From: Alphaproteobacteria bacterium
GTDB lineage: Bacteria; Pseudomonadota; Alphaproteobacteria; JAJFIK01
NCBI GenBank assembly: GCA_050331455.1
Contig: JBHJGV010000015.1
Location: 7,697 to 71,696 of the forward strand
DNA: 64,000 nt
Direction of reading: 5' to 3'
Each line of letters opens with the position of its first letter. Position 1 is the first letter of the stretch. The position numbers and the translations under genes were made by a program. Under the pieces are notes generated by a model that was given only the letters and a program-made list of their open reading frames with translations, ran no database searches and was not told the DNA's origin. Below are positions 19,230 to 27,929 of the stretch, piece by piece.

Positions 19230-20026
19230 TGCAGCAGGCCATTGATTTCAAGGAGGAGAGCGACGCCCTGCGCACGCTGTTGGAGCCCCTTCCCGACGCT
19301 GACTTTCGTCAGCCCACCCAGTTCAAAGGCTGGACCATCGACGATGTGGTGGGCCACTTGCATATGTGGAACTGGGCGGCCGACACATCCTTGAAGGATG
19401 CGGATGGTTTCCAGGCCTTCTACGCCGACGTGGCCCGGGAACTGGAGGCCGGCGGCACCCTGCGCAGTTTCGAGACCCGTTGGCTCCAGGGCCTGTCGGG
19501 ACGGGCCCTGTTCGACACTTGGGCGGCCTATTACCCCGACATGGCAGCGCGATTTGCCGAAGCCGACCCCAAAGCCCGCGTCAAATGGGCGGGGCCGGAC
19601 ATGAGCGTGCGCTCCAGCATCACGGCGCGCCTGATGGAAACCTGGGCCCATGGGCAGGAGGTCTACGATTCCCTCGGCGTCGAGCGGGCCGATTCCGACC
19701 GCATCCGGAACATCGCCCATCTGGGCATGAACACATTCGGCTGGACCTTCATGGTCCGTGGCCTGGAGATCCCGGCGGATATACCCTATGTCCGCTTGAC
19801 TGCTCCGTCCGGCGATGTGTGGGAATGGAATGCACCCCAGGCGGAGAACAAGGTTGAGGGGAGCGCAACGGAGTTCTGCCAGGTCGTCACCCAGGTGCGC
19901 AACATCGCGGATACGCAGCTCCAGGTCACAGGCGAGACCGCCACCCGGTGGATGGCCATGGCCCAGTGCTTCGCCGGCCCGCCCGAGACACCGCCTGCGC
20001 CCGGTACGCGCTTTCGCAGAATGTAA
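19226..20026 (+). CDS. TIGR03084 / maleylpyruvate-isomerase-N-domain (DinB_2-like) family protein
   Basis: About 266 aa with an N-terminal DinB/MDMPI-like region (WTIDDVVGHLHMWNWAA). Overlaps the NMO stop by 4 nt (coupled). Confidence 0.6.
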   Translation: MMQQAIDFKEESDALRTLLEPLPDADFRQPTQFKGWTIDDVVGHLHMWNWAADTSLKDADGFQAFYADVARELEAGGTLRSFETRWLQGLSGRALFDTWAAYYPDMAARFAEADPKARVKWAGPDMSVRSSITARLMETWAHGQEVYDSLGVERADSDRIRNIAHLGMNTFGWTFMVRGLEIPADIPYVRLTAPSGDVWEWNAPQAENKVEGSATEFCQVVTQVRNIADTQLQVTGETATRWMAMAQCFAGPPETPPAPGTRFRRM

Positions 20027-20060
20027 GGACCGCTCGGGCACGGGTCCTCTTGCCTCGTCC

Positions 20061-20096
20061 GTGCCCGTGCCCGTGCCCGTGCCCGTGCCCGTGCCC
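20061..20096. repeat. Hexanucleotide microsatellite (GTGCCC)x6
   Basis: Six perfect GTGCCC units read directly, 35 nt after the TIGR03084 stop and about 110 nt before the GGDEF-EAL start. Followed by the hairpin ggtgtcgg-tttgcccc-cgacac. Confidence 0.95.
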
Positions 20097-20206
20097 ATGA
20101 CAGGTGTCGGTTTGCCCCCGACACACAAATGGGAAGCAACACTTCGTTATGCTGATACGTGCAGACTGATCGTCAGAGTTAGACTTGCCCCCTGGATCAG
20201 TGGCCC

Positions 20207-22519
20207 ATGCAACCCATTCCCCAAAAACGGGTTCAATCACGACTGACCTGGATTAACGGGTTATTCATTTTATCCGGCCTCGCCGCATTCATCGGATTTC
20301 ATCAGATCGTTAACGGCGCAACGCTGCACAAGCATAATTTTTATCATGTGAAACACATCCACCAACTGAGCAAGCGCATCGAGACCCTGGACGATGGGAA
20401 GCCCGTGCCGACCGACATGTTCCGGGACATCGTCTTGAACATCCGCGCCCAACCTCTGACCTGCATCGCCATTATCGGGCCGATCGAAGCCTTTGCCATG
20501 CGGCTTGCGGGAACGGGACGAGCGATTGAGCTGTGCCGGGATGATATCCGCCTGGCCAACGAGACACTGGCGCTCATCGACGCGTATGGCAGGGGCGACC
20601 TGACGGTCGAGGGGTTTCGTGCCAACCTCCGGACCGCAGCCGATGAGTTTCTCGAAAAATCCATTGCCTTCGAGCCGCTCATCGACCGGAGCGTCGACCT
20701 CGTCGCGGCTACGGTCATGGTGCTGCTCGTGGTCAAGAGTCTCGGCATCGCGCTGGTCGGCGTGTTCCTCTCCAACGGGATCGGACGAAGCTATCGCCTG
20801 CTGGAGGAGACCAAGGAAGCGCTCATCATCAGCGAGAATCGCTACAACCGGGCGATCAACGGATCCTCGGATGGGATCTGGGATTGGGACCTGAGAACGG
20901 ATCACGTTTTTTATTCCGAACAGAACTTTCTGCTTCTGGGCGAGGATCCGAACTCCCATGCAGAGTTCTTTCTCTGGTGGGAAGAACGGGTGGATCCGGA
21001 GCATTGCAAGCGAGTCAAATCGGCCCTGCAACGGCATTTCGAGACCGGCGCGGACTATGACGAGACCTATCGGATCCGCCACGCGGATGGCCATTGGTGC
21101 TGGTGGCGATCGCGCGGGCAAGCCCTTCGAGACCCGGACGGAACACCGGTGCGGATGATGGGCACGAACAGCGACGTCACGGCGCTCGTCAAGGCCCAAC
21201 TCGCCGCGGAAGCCGCCCGGCGCGCGGTGCACCACGAGGCCACCCACGATGCCCTGACCGGGCTGCCCAATCGGCGACATCTCTCTTGCGTTCTCGAAGA
21301 CTATGATCGGCGGCCCGAACCGACCCCGCTCGCCATTGCCCATCTCGACCTCGACCGGTTCAAGGAGATCAATGACACGCTCGGACATGAAGCAGGGGAC
21401 CAGGTGCTGGTCCATTGCGCGAAGATCTTGCGGGCGTTCGTCAAAGACGGCGAGATTGCCGCGCGCATCGGCGGCGACGAATTCGTCATCGTGTTTCCCG
21501 ATGCCCCGGACGATCCGGTCCTCGTCGACCGGCTGAATGCGTTGACCGCGCGGCTCAGGGAACCCATTGCCCATGAGGGCAAGGAGTGCCGCATCGGCGC
21601 CAGCGTCGGGCTCGCCACTTCGTCCCTGGATCACGGATCGCCCAATGAACTTCTCCAATGGTCCGATCTCGCCCTCTACAAGGCCAAGGACCATCGGGGC
21701 GGTTGCGTCCTCTTCGACGCGGCCCTCAAGGCCGAGGTGGAAGACAAGAAACAGATCGCAGCCGATCTGACCACGGCTCTTTTGCGGGGTGAGTTTTTCG
21801 CCGTATACGAACCGCAGTTCGCCGCCGGCACCCATGACCTCATCGGTGTCGAGGCCCTGGCCCGCTGGAATCACCCCTCGCGCGGTGTCCTGGCCCCGGC
21901 CCATTTCCTCGATGTGGCCGACGACATGGGTGTAACGGCCGAGATCGACGATGCCATTCTCCAAAGGGCCCTCAAGGACCTCGATCGGCTTACGGACGAA
22001 GACGTGGTCATCCCGAAAGTGTCCCTCAACGTCTCCGCCCGCCGCCTACGCGACCCGAAGCTGTTGTCCCGGCTGCCGGACATGGGCGATCGCCCCTATT
22101 CGGTGACGTTCGAGCTGCTGGAGACCGTCTTTCTCGACCGTATCGATCCGACGACAGCGGACAATCTTCTCGAAATTAAACGCCGGGGCTTCGGCGTCGA
22201 AATCGATGATTTCGGGACGGGGCACGCCTCCGTGACCAGCGTCATGCGGGTGCGGCCGCGGCAGATCAAGATCGACCGGTCCCTGGTGGCACCTATCGTT
22301 GACAGTCTGGACCAACGCCAGATCGTCAAGTCGATCATCACCATCGGTCACGCCTTGAAGATCAGTGTCCTCGCGGAAGGCGTCGAGACCATGGCCCATG
22401 CGGCCATCCTGTCGGATCTGGGATGCGACGCGCTTCAGGGCCATGCCTTTTCCCGGCCGGTCCGTCCAGAGGCGCTGGCGTCCCTCATCGCGGACCGGCA
22501 TCGGACCCGGGTGGCCTAG
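20207..22519 (+). CDS. Sensor diguanylate cyclase/phosphodiesterase (2TM periplasmic sensor-PAS-GGDEF-EAL)
   Basis: Two TM segments flank a periplasmic domain of about 150 aa, followed by a PAS domain. GGDEF motif RIGGDEFVIVF. EAL domain (EALARW, ELLETVF, DDFGTG, KIDRS). Confidence 0.92.
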   Translation: MQPIPQKRVQSRLTWINGLFILSGLAAFIGFHQIVNGATLHKHNFYHVKHIHQLSKRIETLDDGKPVPTDMFRDIVLNIRAQPLTCIAIIGPIEAFAMRLAGTGRAIELCRDDIRLANETLALIDAYGRGDLTVEGFRANLRTAADEFLEKSIAFEPLIDRSVDLVAATVMVLLVVKSLGIALVGVFLSNGIGRSYRLLEETKEALIISENRYNRAINGSSDGIWDWDLRTDHVFYSEQNFLLLGEDPNSHAEFFLWWEERVDPEHCKRVKSALQRHFETGADYDETYRIRHADGHWCWWRSRGQALRDPDGTPVRMMGTNSDVTALVKAQLAAEAARRAVHHEATHDALTGLPNRRHLSCVLEDYDRRPEPTPLAIAHLDLDRFKEINDTLGHEAGDQVLVHCAKILRAFVKDGEIAARIGGDEFVIVFPDAPDDPVLVDRLNALTARLREPIAHEGKECRIGASVGLATSSLDHGSPNELLQWSDLALYKAKDHRGGCVLFDAALKAEVEDKKQIAADLTTALLRGEFFAVYEPQFAAGTHDLIGVEALARWNHPSRGVLAPAHFLDVADDMGVTAEIDDAILQRALKDLDRLTDEDVVIPKVSLNVSARRLRDPKLLSRLPDMGDRPYSVTFELLETVFLDRIDPTTADNLLEIKRRGFGVEIDDFGTGHASVTSVMRVRPRQIKIDRSLVAPIVDSLDQRQIVKSIITIGHALKISVLAEGVETMAHAAILSDLGCDALQGHAFSRPVRPEALASLIADRHRTRVA

Positions 22520-22920
22520 CCGTCCGGTTTCGTCTTTTTCCGGACCTTCTTTTTGCGTATGCCGGAGCGCAGGGCCGCATCCAGCGCATCCATGGCCCAT
22601 TGCTTGAGGGCGCCGGGCTCCTCCAAAAGATCGTCCGGACAGCGATAATAGGACATGACACCGCGCTTGCCGTCCTTTCCCTCATAGGTGAAGGGCTGCA
22701 TGCCGGCCTCTTCGAAGGCCGCGCGATTGCCGTCATCCACTTTCAGATACAGGGTCTCGTCAGCAATGAGCGCGAACATGACCGGGCCGTCGGCGAGATC
22801 CGCATAGACGCCCGCGCCGCCGAACATGGACCGGATGCGCACGGGGCCCAAGGGTGTGAGGATGTCTTCGATAAAGGCTTTGTATCCCGCACTGACGGCC
22901 ATCGGGCAGCCTCCCTTCAA
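22516..22920 (-). CDS. TfoX/Sxy N-terminal-domain protein
   Basis: SMFGGAGVYADLADGPVMFALIADETLYLKVDD... matches TfoX_N. Basic lysine-rich C-terminus. Convergent with the GGDEF-EAL gene, overlapping it by 4 nt. Confidence 0.75.
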   Translation of the reverse strand: MKGGCPMAVSAGYKAFIEDILTPLGPVRIRSMFGGAGVYADLADGPVMFALIADETLYLKVDDGNRAAFEEAGMQPFTYEGKDGKRGVMSYYRCPDDLLEEPGALKQWAMDALDAALRSGIRKKKVRKKTKPDG

Positions 22921-23585
22921 CGGGCCTGATCGAGACCCATCTGCCAGAAGCCCGCTTCGAGACGGGTTGCCTGGGCGAAGGTTCGGGCAAGGGCCGGGAA
23001 ACGGGCCTCGGTCAGGCGCTCACGCGCCAGACGGTCGAGTTGTCCTTGCGCCTTTTCGGAGACCTCCGCATAGGCAGAACACGAATATTCCTCGATCCAC
23101 ACCCAATAGGGATTGTCGTCCCGCTTCGTGGACGGATCGCCGGCGAGGCGCCGGCCGATCTCCCCGTAGCCGACCACGCAGGGCGACAGGGCGACAAGCA
23201 GATCAAGCAGGTCGCCGGCGAGCCCCCGTTCCAGGACAAACCGGGTGTAGGCCATGGTGGCCGGCGCCTCCGGCGTCGCCTCCATATCCGCAAGGCTGAG
23301 ACCCCAGCCTTCGCACAGTTTTACATGCAGGTTCATTTCCACGTCGAGAATGGCCGAGAGAGAGCCGGCCGCCAGGCGCATATCCTCAAGCCTGTCCGCC
23401 TTGAACACGGCAAGCCCATAGGCCCGGATGAAATGAATGAGAAACAGATAATCCTGGGTGAGATAATGGCGGAACGCCGCCTGGGGCAGGCTGCCATCGG
23501 CGAGGCCGGCCACGAAGGCGTGGCGTGTGTAAGCCTGCCACTCGTCCTGTGCCGCCTCTTTCAGCCGGTCGAACAGGCCGGTCAT
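22917..23585 (-). CDS. TenA/thiaminase-II (heme-oxygenase-like fold) family protein
   Basis: TenA_C-type sequence (YTRHAFVAGLADGSLPQAAFRHYLTQDYLFLIHF, CVVGYGEIG). Confidence 0.75.
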   Translation of the reverse strand: MTGLFDRLKEAAQDEWQAYTRHAFVAGLADGSLPQAAFRHYLTQDYLFLIHFIRAYGLAVFKADRLEDMRLAAGSLSAILDVEMNLHVKLCEGWGLSLADMEATPEAPATMAYTRFVLERGLAGDLLDLLVALSPCVVGYGEIGRRLAGDPSTKRDDNPYWVWIEEYSCSAYAEVSEKAQGQLDRLARERLTEARFPALARTFAQATRLEAGFWQMGLDQAR

Positions 23586-23992
23586 CAGGCGCCGGCGGGT
23601 TCGGACGCCGTTTCCGGCAGCATTTCCGCCGGGCGCAGATTGACGCTTTCGCCGCAGCCGCAGGCGTCTACCTGATTGGGATTCTCGAACACGAACTGGG
23701 CCGAGAGCTTGTCCACCCGGTAGTCCATGACCGTGCCGATCAGAAACAGCACGGCCTTTGAGTCGATGAACACCGTGACGCCCTTATCCTCAACGACCTC
23801 GTCCAGGGGGCCCCGCTCGGTCACGTAATCGAGCGTGTAGGACATGCCCGCGCAGCCCGCATTTTTCAGGCCGATCTTCAGACCGAGGATCTCCTGGTCG
23901 GAGCCTGCGACGATGTCCCGAATCCGGCCGGCGGCAGCCTCGGTGATCGTGAGGGCCTGGGGCCGGGGGCGGCGGGGTTTGTCAGCGCTCAT
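23585..23992 (-). CDS. sufA: Fe-S cluster assembly A-type carrier (SufA/IscA/ErpA family)
   Basis: HesB motifs including C-terminal CGCGESV. The conserved start is MSADKPRRPRP...; the track ORF carries a spurious N-terminal extension. Confidence 0.88.
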   Translation of the reverse strand: MSADKPRRPRPQALTITEAAAGRIRDIVAGSDQEILGLKIGLKNAGCAGMSYTLDYVTERGPLDEVVEDKGVTVFIDSKAVLFLIGTVMDYRVDKLSAQFVFENPNQVDACGCGESVNLRPAEMLPETASEPAGA

Positions 23993-24075
23993 CGCGATCC
24001 TTCCTTTCGGCGGGCTGCCCGGGCGGGTTGCTTGGGCATGCTCCCCGGCCGTGCCAACCGAACCGTGTTTCGTGG

Positions 24076-24402
24076 TCAAAACATGTTGAGGGCGAGCCGC
24101 GCCTCTTCGGACATGCGCGAGGGATCCCAAGGTGGATCGAAGGTGAGATTGATCTTCACCTTTTTGACGCCGTCGACCTGGCTCACCGCATCCTCGACCC
24201 ATCCGGGCATTTCGCCGGCCACCGGACAGCCCGGCGCGGTCAGCGTCATGTCGATCTCGATATCCATCTCGTCGGACACGTCGATCTTATAGATGAGCCC
24301 GAGTTCATAGATATCGACCGGAATTTCCGGATCATAAACGGTCTTGAGCTGGTCGATAAGCTGGCCGGTCAATTGGTCCAGCGTTTCCTGGGAAAGCGCC
24401 AT
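24076..24402 (-). CDS. sufT: SUF-system Fe-S assembly protein, DUF59 (SufT/MIP18 family)
   Basis: 108 aa. YDPEIPVDIYELGLIY and TAPGCPVAGEM are hallmark DUF59 motifs. Confidence 0.88.
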   Translation of the reverse strand: MALSQETLDQLTGQLIDQLKTVYDPEIPVDIYELGLIYKIDVSDEMDIEIDMTLTAPGCPVAGEMPGWVEDAVSQVDGVKKVKINLTFDPPWDPSRMSEEARLALNMF

Positions 24403-24428
24403 GGCGTTCCGCTCCTCATGCCATGCCC

Positions 24429-25670
24429 TTAGGACAACATATCCTTGGCCTTTTCCAAAGCCTTGATAAACGCATCCACCTCGTCATGGGTGTTGTAAAC
24501 ACCGAAAGAGGCACGCACGGAGGCGTTTACCCCGTAACGCTCCATAAGCGGCTGGCAGCAATGGTGCCCCGCCCGTACGGCCACGCCGGACCGGTCGATG
24601 ATGGTGCTGATGTCGTGGGCATGGGCGCCCTCGATCACGAAGGTGCAAATGGACCCCTTGTCCGCCTGACGCCCCAGGATGCGCACCCCGTCCAGGGCCT
24701 CGAGCTGCTCCATGGCGTAGACCATCAGCGCATGCTCATGGGCCGCGATGGCCTCCCGGCCCAGGCCGGTCATGTAGTCGATGGCCGCATGGAGGGCCGC
24801 GGCCTCCGTGATCTGCGGCGTGCCGGCTTCGAATTTCGTCGGCGGCTCGCCATAGGTCACCGCGTCGAAATGGACCTCGCGGATCATTTCACCGCCGCCG
24901 CGATAGGGACGCATGGCGCTCAAGCGGTCGAACCGGCCGTAAAGCACGCCGATTCCGGACGGTCCGTACAGTTTATGACCCGTACAGACATAAAAATCGC
25001 AGCCCAGGGCCTGAACATCCACAGGCAGATGAACGGCCCCCTGGCTGCCGTCGACCAGCACGGGGATACCGTGCTGATGGGCCACCTTCACCACATCGGC
25101 GATGGGCACCACGGTGCCCAGCACATTGGACATGTGGGTCAGGGCAATCATCTTCGTCCGCGGCGTGATGAGTTTGACGAATTCATCGAACAGGAAAGCC
25201 CCGTCCTCATCCACGGGCGCCCATTTGATGACCGCCCCGCGCCGTCCCCGGAAGAAATGCCAGGGCACGATGTTTGAATGGTGTTCCATCTGGGAGAGGA
25301 TGATCTCATCCCCTTCCCCGATGTGATCCTCGCCATAGCTCGACGCCACGATGTTGATGGCATCGGTGGCATTCAGCGTGAATATGATTTCCCGCTCGTC
25401 CGCAGCATTCAGGAACCGGGCCATGGCGCCGCGCGCCGCCTCATAGCGTTCCGTGGCCAGATTGCTCAGGAAATGCAGGCCGCGATGGACATTGGAATAT
25501 TCCTCTTCCATCGACCGGGTCATGGCATCAATGACCACCTGGGGCTTCTGGGCCGAGGCGGCATTGTCGAGATAGACCAGCGGCTTGCCGTGGACTTGGC
25601 GCGACAGGATCGGAAAATCCGCGCGGACCGCGTCAATGTCGAGGGGTGGTGAGGTGTCTGTGTCGGGCAT
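24429..25670 (-). CDS. sufS: Cysteine desulfurase SufS
   Basis: Group II cysteine desulfurase motifs (LDNAASAQKP, HHSNIVPW, PLP-lysine TGHKLYGPSGIG, catalytic Cys region). Start set at MPDTDTSPP, 4 nt from the sufD stop. Confidence 0.93.
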   Translation of the reverse strand: MPDTDTSPPLDIDAVRADFPILSRQVHGKPLVYLDNAASAQKPQVVIDAMTRSMEEEYSNVHRGLHFLSNLATERYEAARGAMARFLNAADEREIIFTLNATDAINIVASSYGEDHIGEGDEIILSQMEHHSNIVPWHFFRGRRGAVIKWAPVDEDGAFLFDEFVKLITPRTKMIALTHMSNVLGTVVPIADVVKVAHQHGIPVLVDGSQGAVHLPVDVQALGCDFYVCTGHKLYGPSGIGVLYGRFDRLSAMRPYRGGGEMIREVHFDAVTYGEPPTKFEAGTPQITEAAALHAAIDYMTGLGREAIAAHEHALMVYAMEQLEALDGVRILGRQADKGSICTFVIEGAHAHDISTIIDRSGVAVRAGHHCCQPLMERYGVNASVRASFGVYNTHDEVDAFIKALEKAKDMLS

Positions 25671-25674
25671 GGCC

Positions 25675-27072
25675 TCAGGCTGCATCGGTGTCTCCCAGTC
25701 CGTCATCGAACAGACCGGCTTCGGCGGCGGCGACGGCATCCCGGTTGGTGACCAGCCATTGGTCCACGTGGGCGCCGAGGGCGTCGCGGATGGCCTCGTC
25801 GGCGATTTCGTCCAACACTTCACCCACAAAGGCACGGATCAGCAACGCTTTGGCGTCCGCCTCCGGAATGCCCCGGGCGCGCAGGTAAAAGATGGACTCG
25901 GCATCGAGTTCACCCACCGTGGCCCCATGCGAGCACTTGACGTCATCGGCGAAAATTTCAAGTTCGGGCTTGGTGTCCGCTTCGGCGCCCGCGTTCAGAA
26001 GCAGGGCCTGGCTGAGCTGATATCCGTCCGTGCGCTGGGCGTCCTGGCGCACGATGATCTTGCCTTGGAAGACCCCGCGGGCCCGGTCTGCCAGCACATT
26101 CTTGAAGGTCTCATGGCTTTCGCAGTCGGGCAGGGCATGGTCGATCACCGTGGTATTGTCACAGTGCTGACGGCCCACCAGCATGGAAGCACCCGAGGCC
26201 CGGGCGAAGGCATGGGTGCCATCGAAGCGGATGTGAACCTCGTTGCGGGTCACGGCGCCGCCGGTCGTCACCGCGAACCCCTCATAACGCGCCCGCTCCT
26301 TTACGGCGACGAAGGTGCCGCCCACATGGACGCCCTCGCCGCGATCGGCCAGTGCCTTGACATGCAGCAGGTCAGCCTCTTGCGCCAATCGAATATCCGT
26401 GCCGACTGTCGCCATGCGGGCACCGGTCTCAAGGCCCAGGTGGCTCTCCAGCAAACGGGCCCGGGCCCCCGCCTCCACCACCACCAGATTGCGCATATGG
26501 GCCGCCGTCTCCGCCGCCGCCGAGGAGGCCACAAACACCAGATGGATCGGGCGGTCCAACGCAACGCCTTCGGCGATGCGGACCGCGGCGCCGTCCCGCG
26601 ACAGGGCGAGATTAAGGCCGTAAACGGGATGCTGCCCCGGGGTCACCACGCCGCCAATATGGCCTTCGAGCCAGGGCTGACCCTCATCCATGGCTCGGGC
26701 AAGGGACGTCACGGTCACACCGCCCGGCAGACCGTCCAGATCGGAGGCGTCGGCCTGGAAAAGACCGTCGACGAAGACCAGACGCACCGCTTCGAGGGCC
26801 GCGAAAGGGTCCTGGCCCTCCGCCGCCTCGACCGCGGCCCGGGAGGGCGCGGCGCCGAGGGGCAGAGGACGGGACAGGCGGGCCTTGAGATCCGTGTATT
26901 TCCATTCCTCGACCCGCTTATGGGGCAGACCGCGGGCCTTGAGGGCGGCAATCCCCTTTTCGCGCAGATCGGTCAGCCAGGGCAGGGATGCCCCCGGCAG
27001 GCTTTCCTTGGCCGCGTCATAATCGGCGATGAACCGGGTCTCGACGTCGCCGAGGGGGGTTGGCAAAGACAT
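25675..27072 (-). CDS. sufD: Fe-S cluster assembly protein SufD
   Basis: About 465 aa of SufB/SufD beta-helix family lacking the SufB Cys motifs. Sits between sufC and sufS. Confidence 0.9.
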   Translation of the reverse strand: MSLPTPLGDVETRFIADYDAAKESLPGASLPWLTDLREKGIAALKARGLPHKRVEEWKYTDLKARLSRPLPLGAAPSRAAVEAAEGQDPFAALEAVRLVFVDGLFQADASDLDGLPGGVTVTSLARAMDEGQPWLEGHIGGVVTPGQHPVYGLNLALSRDGAAVRIAEGVALDRPIHLVFVASSAAAETAAHMRNLVVVEAGARARLLESHLGLETGARMATVGTDIRLAQEADLLHVKALADRGEGVHVGGTFVAVKERARYEGFAVTTGGAVTRNEVHIRFDGTHAFARASGASMLVGRQHCDNTTVIDHALPDCESHETFKNVLADRARGVFQGKIIVRQDAQRTDGYQLSQALLLNAGAEADTKPELEIFADDVKCSHGATVGELDAESIFYLRARGIPEADAKALLIRAFVGEVLDEIADEAIRDALGAHVDQWLVTNRDAVAAAEAGLFDDGLGDTDAA

Positions 27073-27128
27073 GGGTCGTGCTCCTGATCCTGAAGATGTG
27101 TCCTGGACTGACGATGGATCGGACCCGT

Positions 27129-27878
27129 TTACGCCGCGCTGGCGATGAGGTTCTCGTATCCGACCGTTTCCAGTTCCTCGGCCAGTTCCTTGCCGCCGGA
27201 GCGCACGATCCGCCCCGCGGCCAGCACATGGACATGGTCCGGGACGATATAAGTCAGCAGACGCTGGTAGTGGGTGATGATCAGCATGGAGCGCGAGGGA
27301 TCGCGCAGGCTGTTGACCCCTTCCGACACGAGCTTCAGGGCATCGATGTCGAGACCGGAATCCGTCTCGTCGAGAATGGCGAAGGACGGCTCCAGCAGGG
27401 CCATCTGGAGGATTTCGTTGCGCTTTTTCTCGCCGCCGGAGAAGCCGACATTGAGCGGGCGCTTCAACATGGCATCGTCGATCTTCAGGGAACGGGCCTT
27501 TTCCCGCGCCAGTTTTAGAAAATCGACCGCCGACAGCTCTTCCTCGCCCCGGGCCTTGCGTTGGGCGTTCAGGGCGGTGCGCAGAAAGATCATGGTCGCG
27601 ACGCCGGGAATCTCCAGCGGATACTGGAAGGCCAGAAACACGCCGGCAGCGGCGCGTTCGTCCGGTTCCATGTCGAACAGGTCCTGGCCCTTATAGCGGA
27701 CGGAGCCCTGCGTGATCTCGTACCCGTCCTTGCCGGCCAGCACGTAGGACAGGGTACTCTTGCCCGAGCCGTTCGGCCCCATGATGGCATGGATTTCTCC
27801 ATCGCCGATGGTCAGATTGAGCCCCCGGAGAATTTCCTTTTCCTCCACACGGACATGAAGATCGCGAATTTCGAGCAT
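27129..27878 (-). CDS. sufC: Fe-S cluster assembly ATPase SufC
   Basis: ABC ATPase with Walker A GPNGSGKST, signature FSGGEKKR and Walker B LAILDETDSGLD. Confidence 0.95.
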   Translation of the reverse strand: MLEIRDLHVRVEEKEILRGLNLTIGDGEIHAIMGPNGSGKSTLSYVLAGKDGYEITQGSVRYKGQDLFDMEPDERAAAGVFLAFQYPLEIPGVATMIFLRTALNAQRKARGEEELSAVDFLKLAREKARSLKIDDAMLKRPLNVGFSGGEKKRNEILQMALLEPSFAILDETDSGLDIDALKLVSEGVNSLRDPSRSMLIITHYQRLLTYIVPDHVHVLAAGRIVRSGGKELAEELETVGYENLIASAA

Positions 27879-27929
27879 GAGCGGATCACTTTCCCTTTAT
27901 AATCTTCCATCGGAGCAGCGGCATACGGA

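Noticed and set aside
24429-25835. 55-residue Pro/Ser/Thr-rich N-terminal extension on SufS overlapping sufD
   Set aside because: Conserved SufS begins at MPDTDTSPPLDIDAV (25670), 4 nt from the sufD stop. The extension would overlap sufD and is not conserved.
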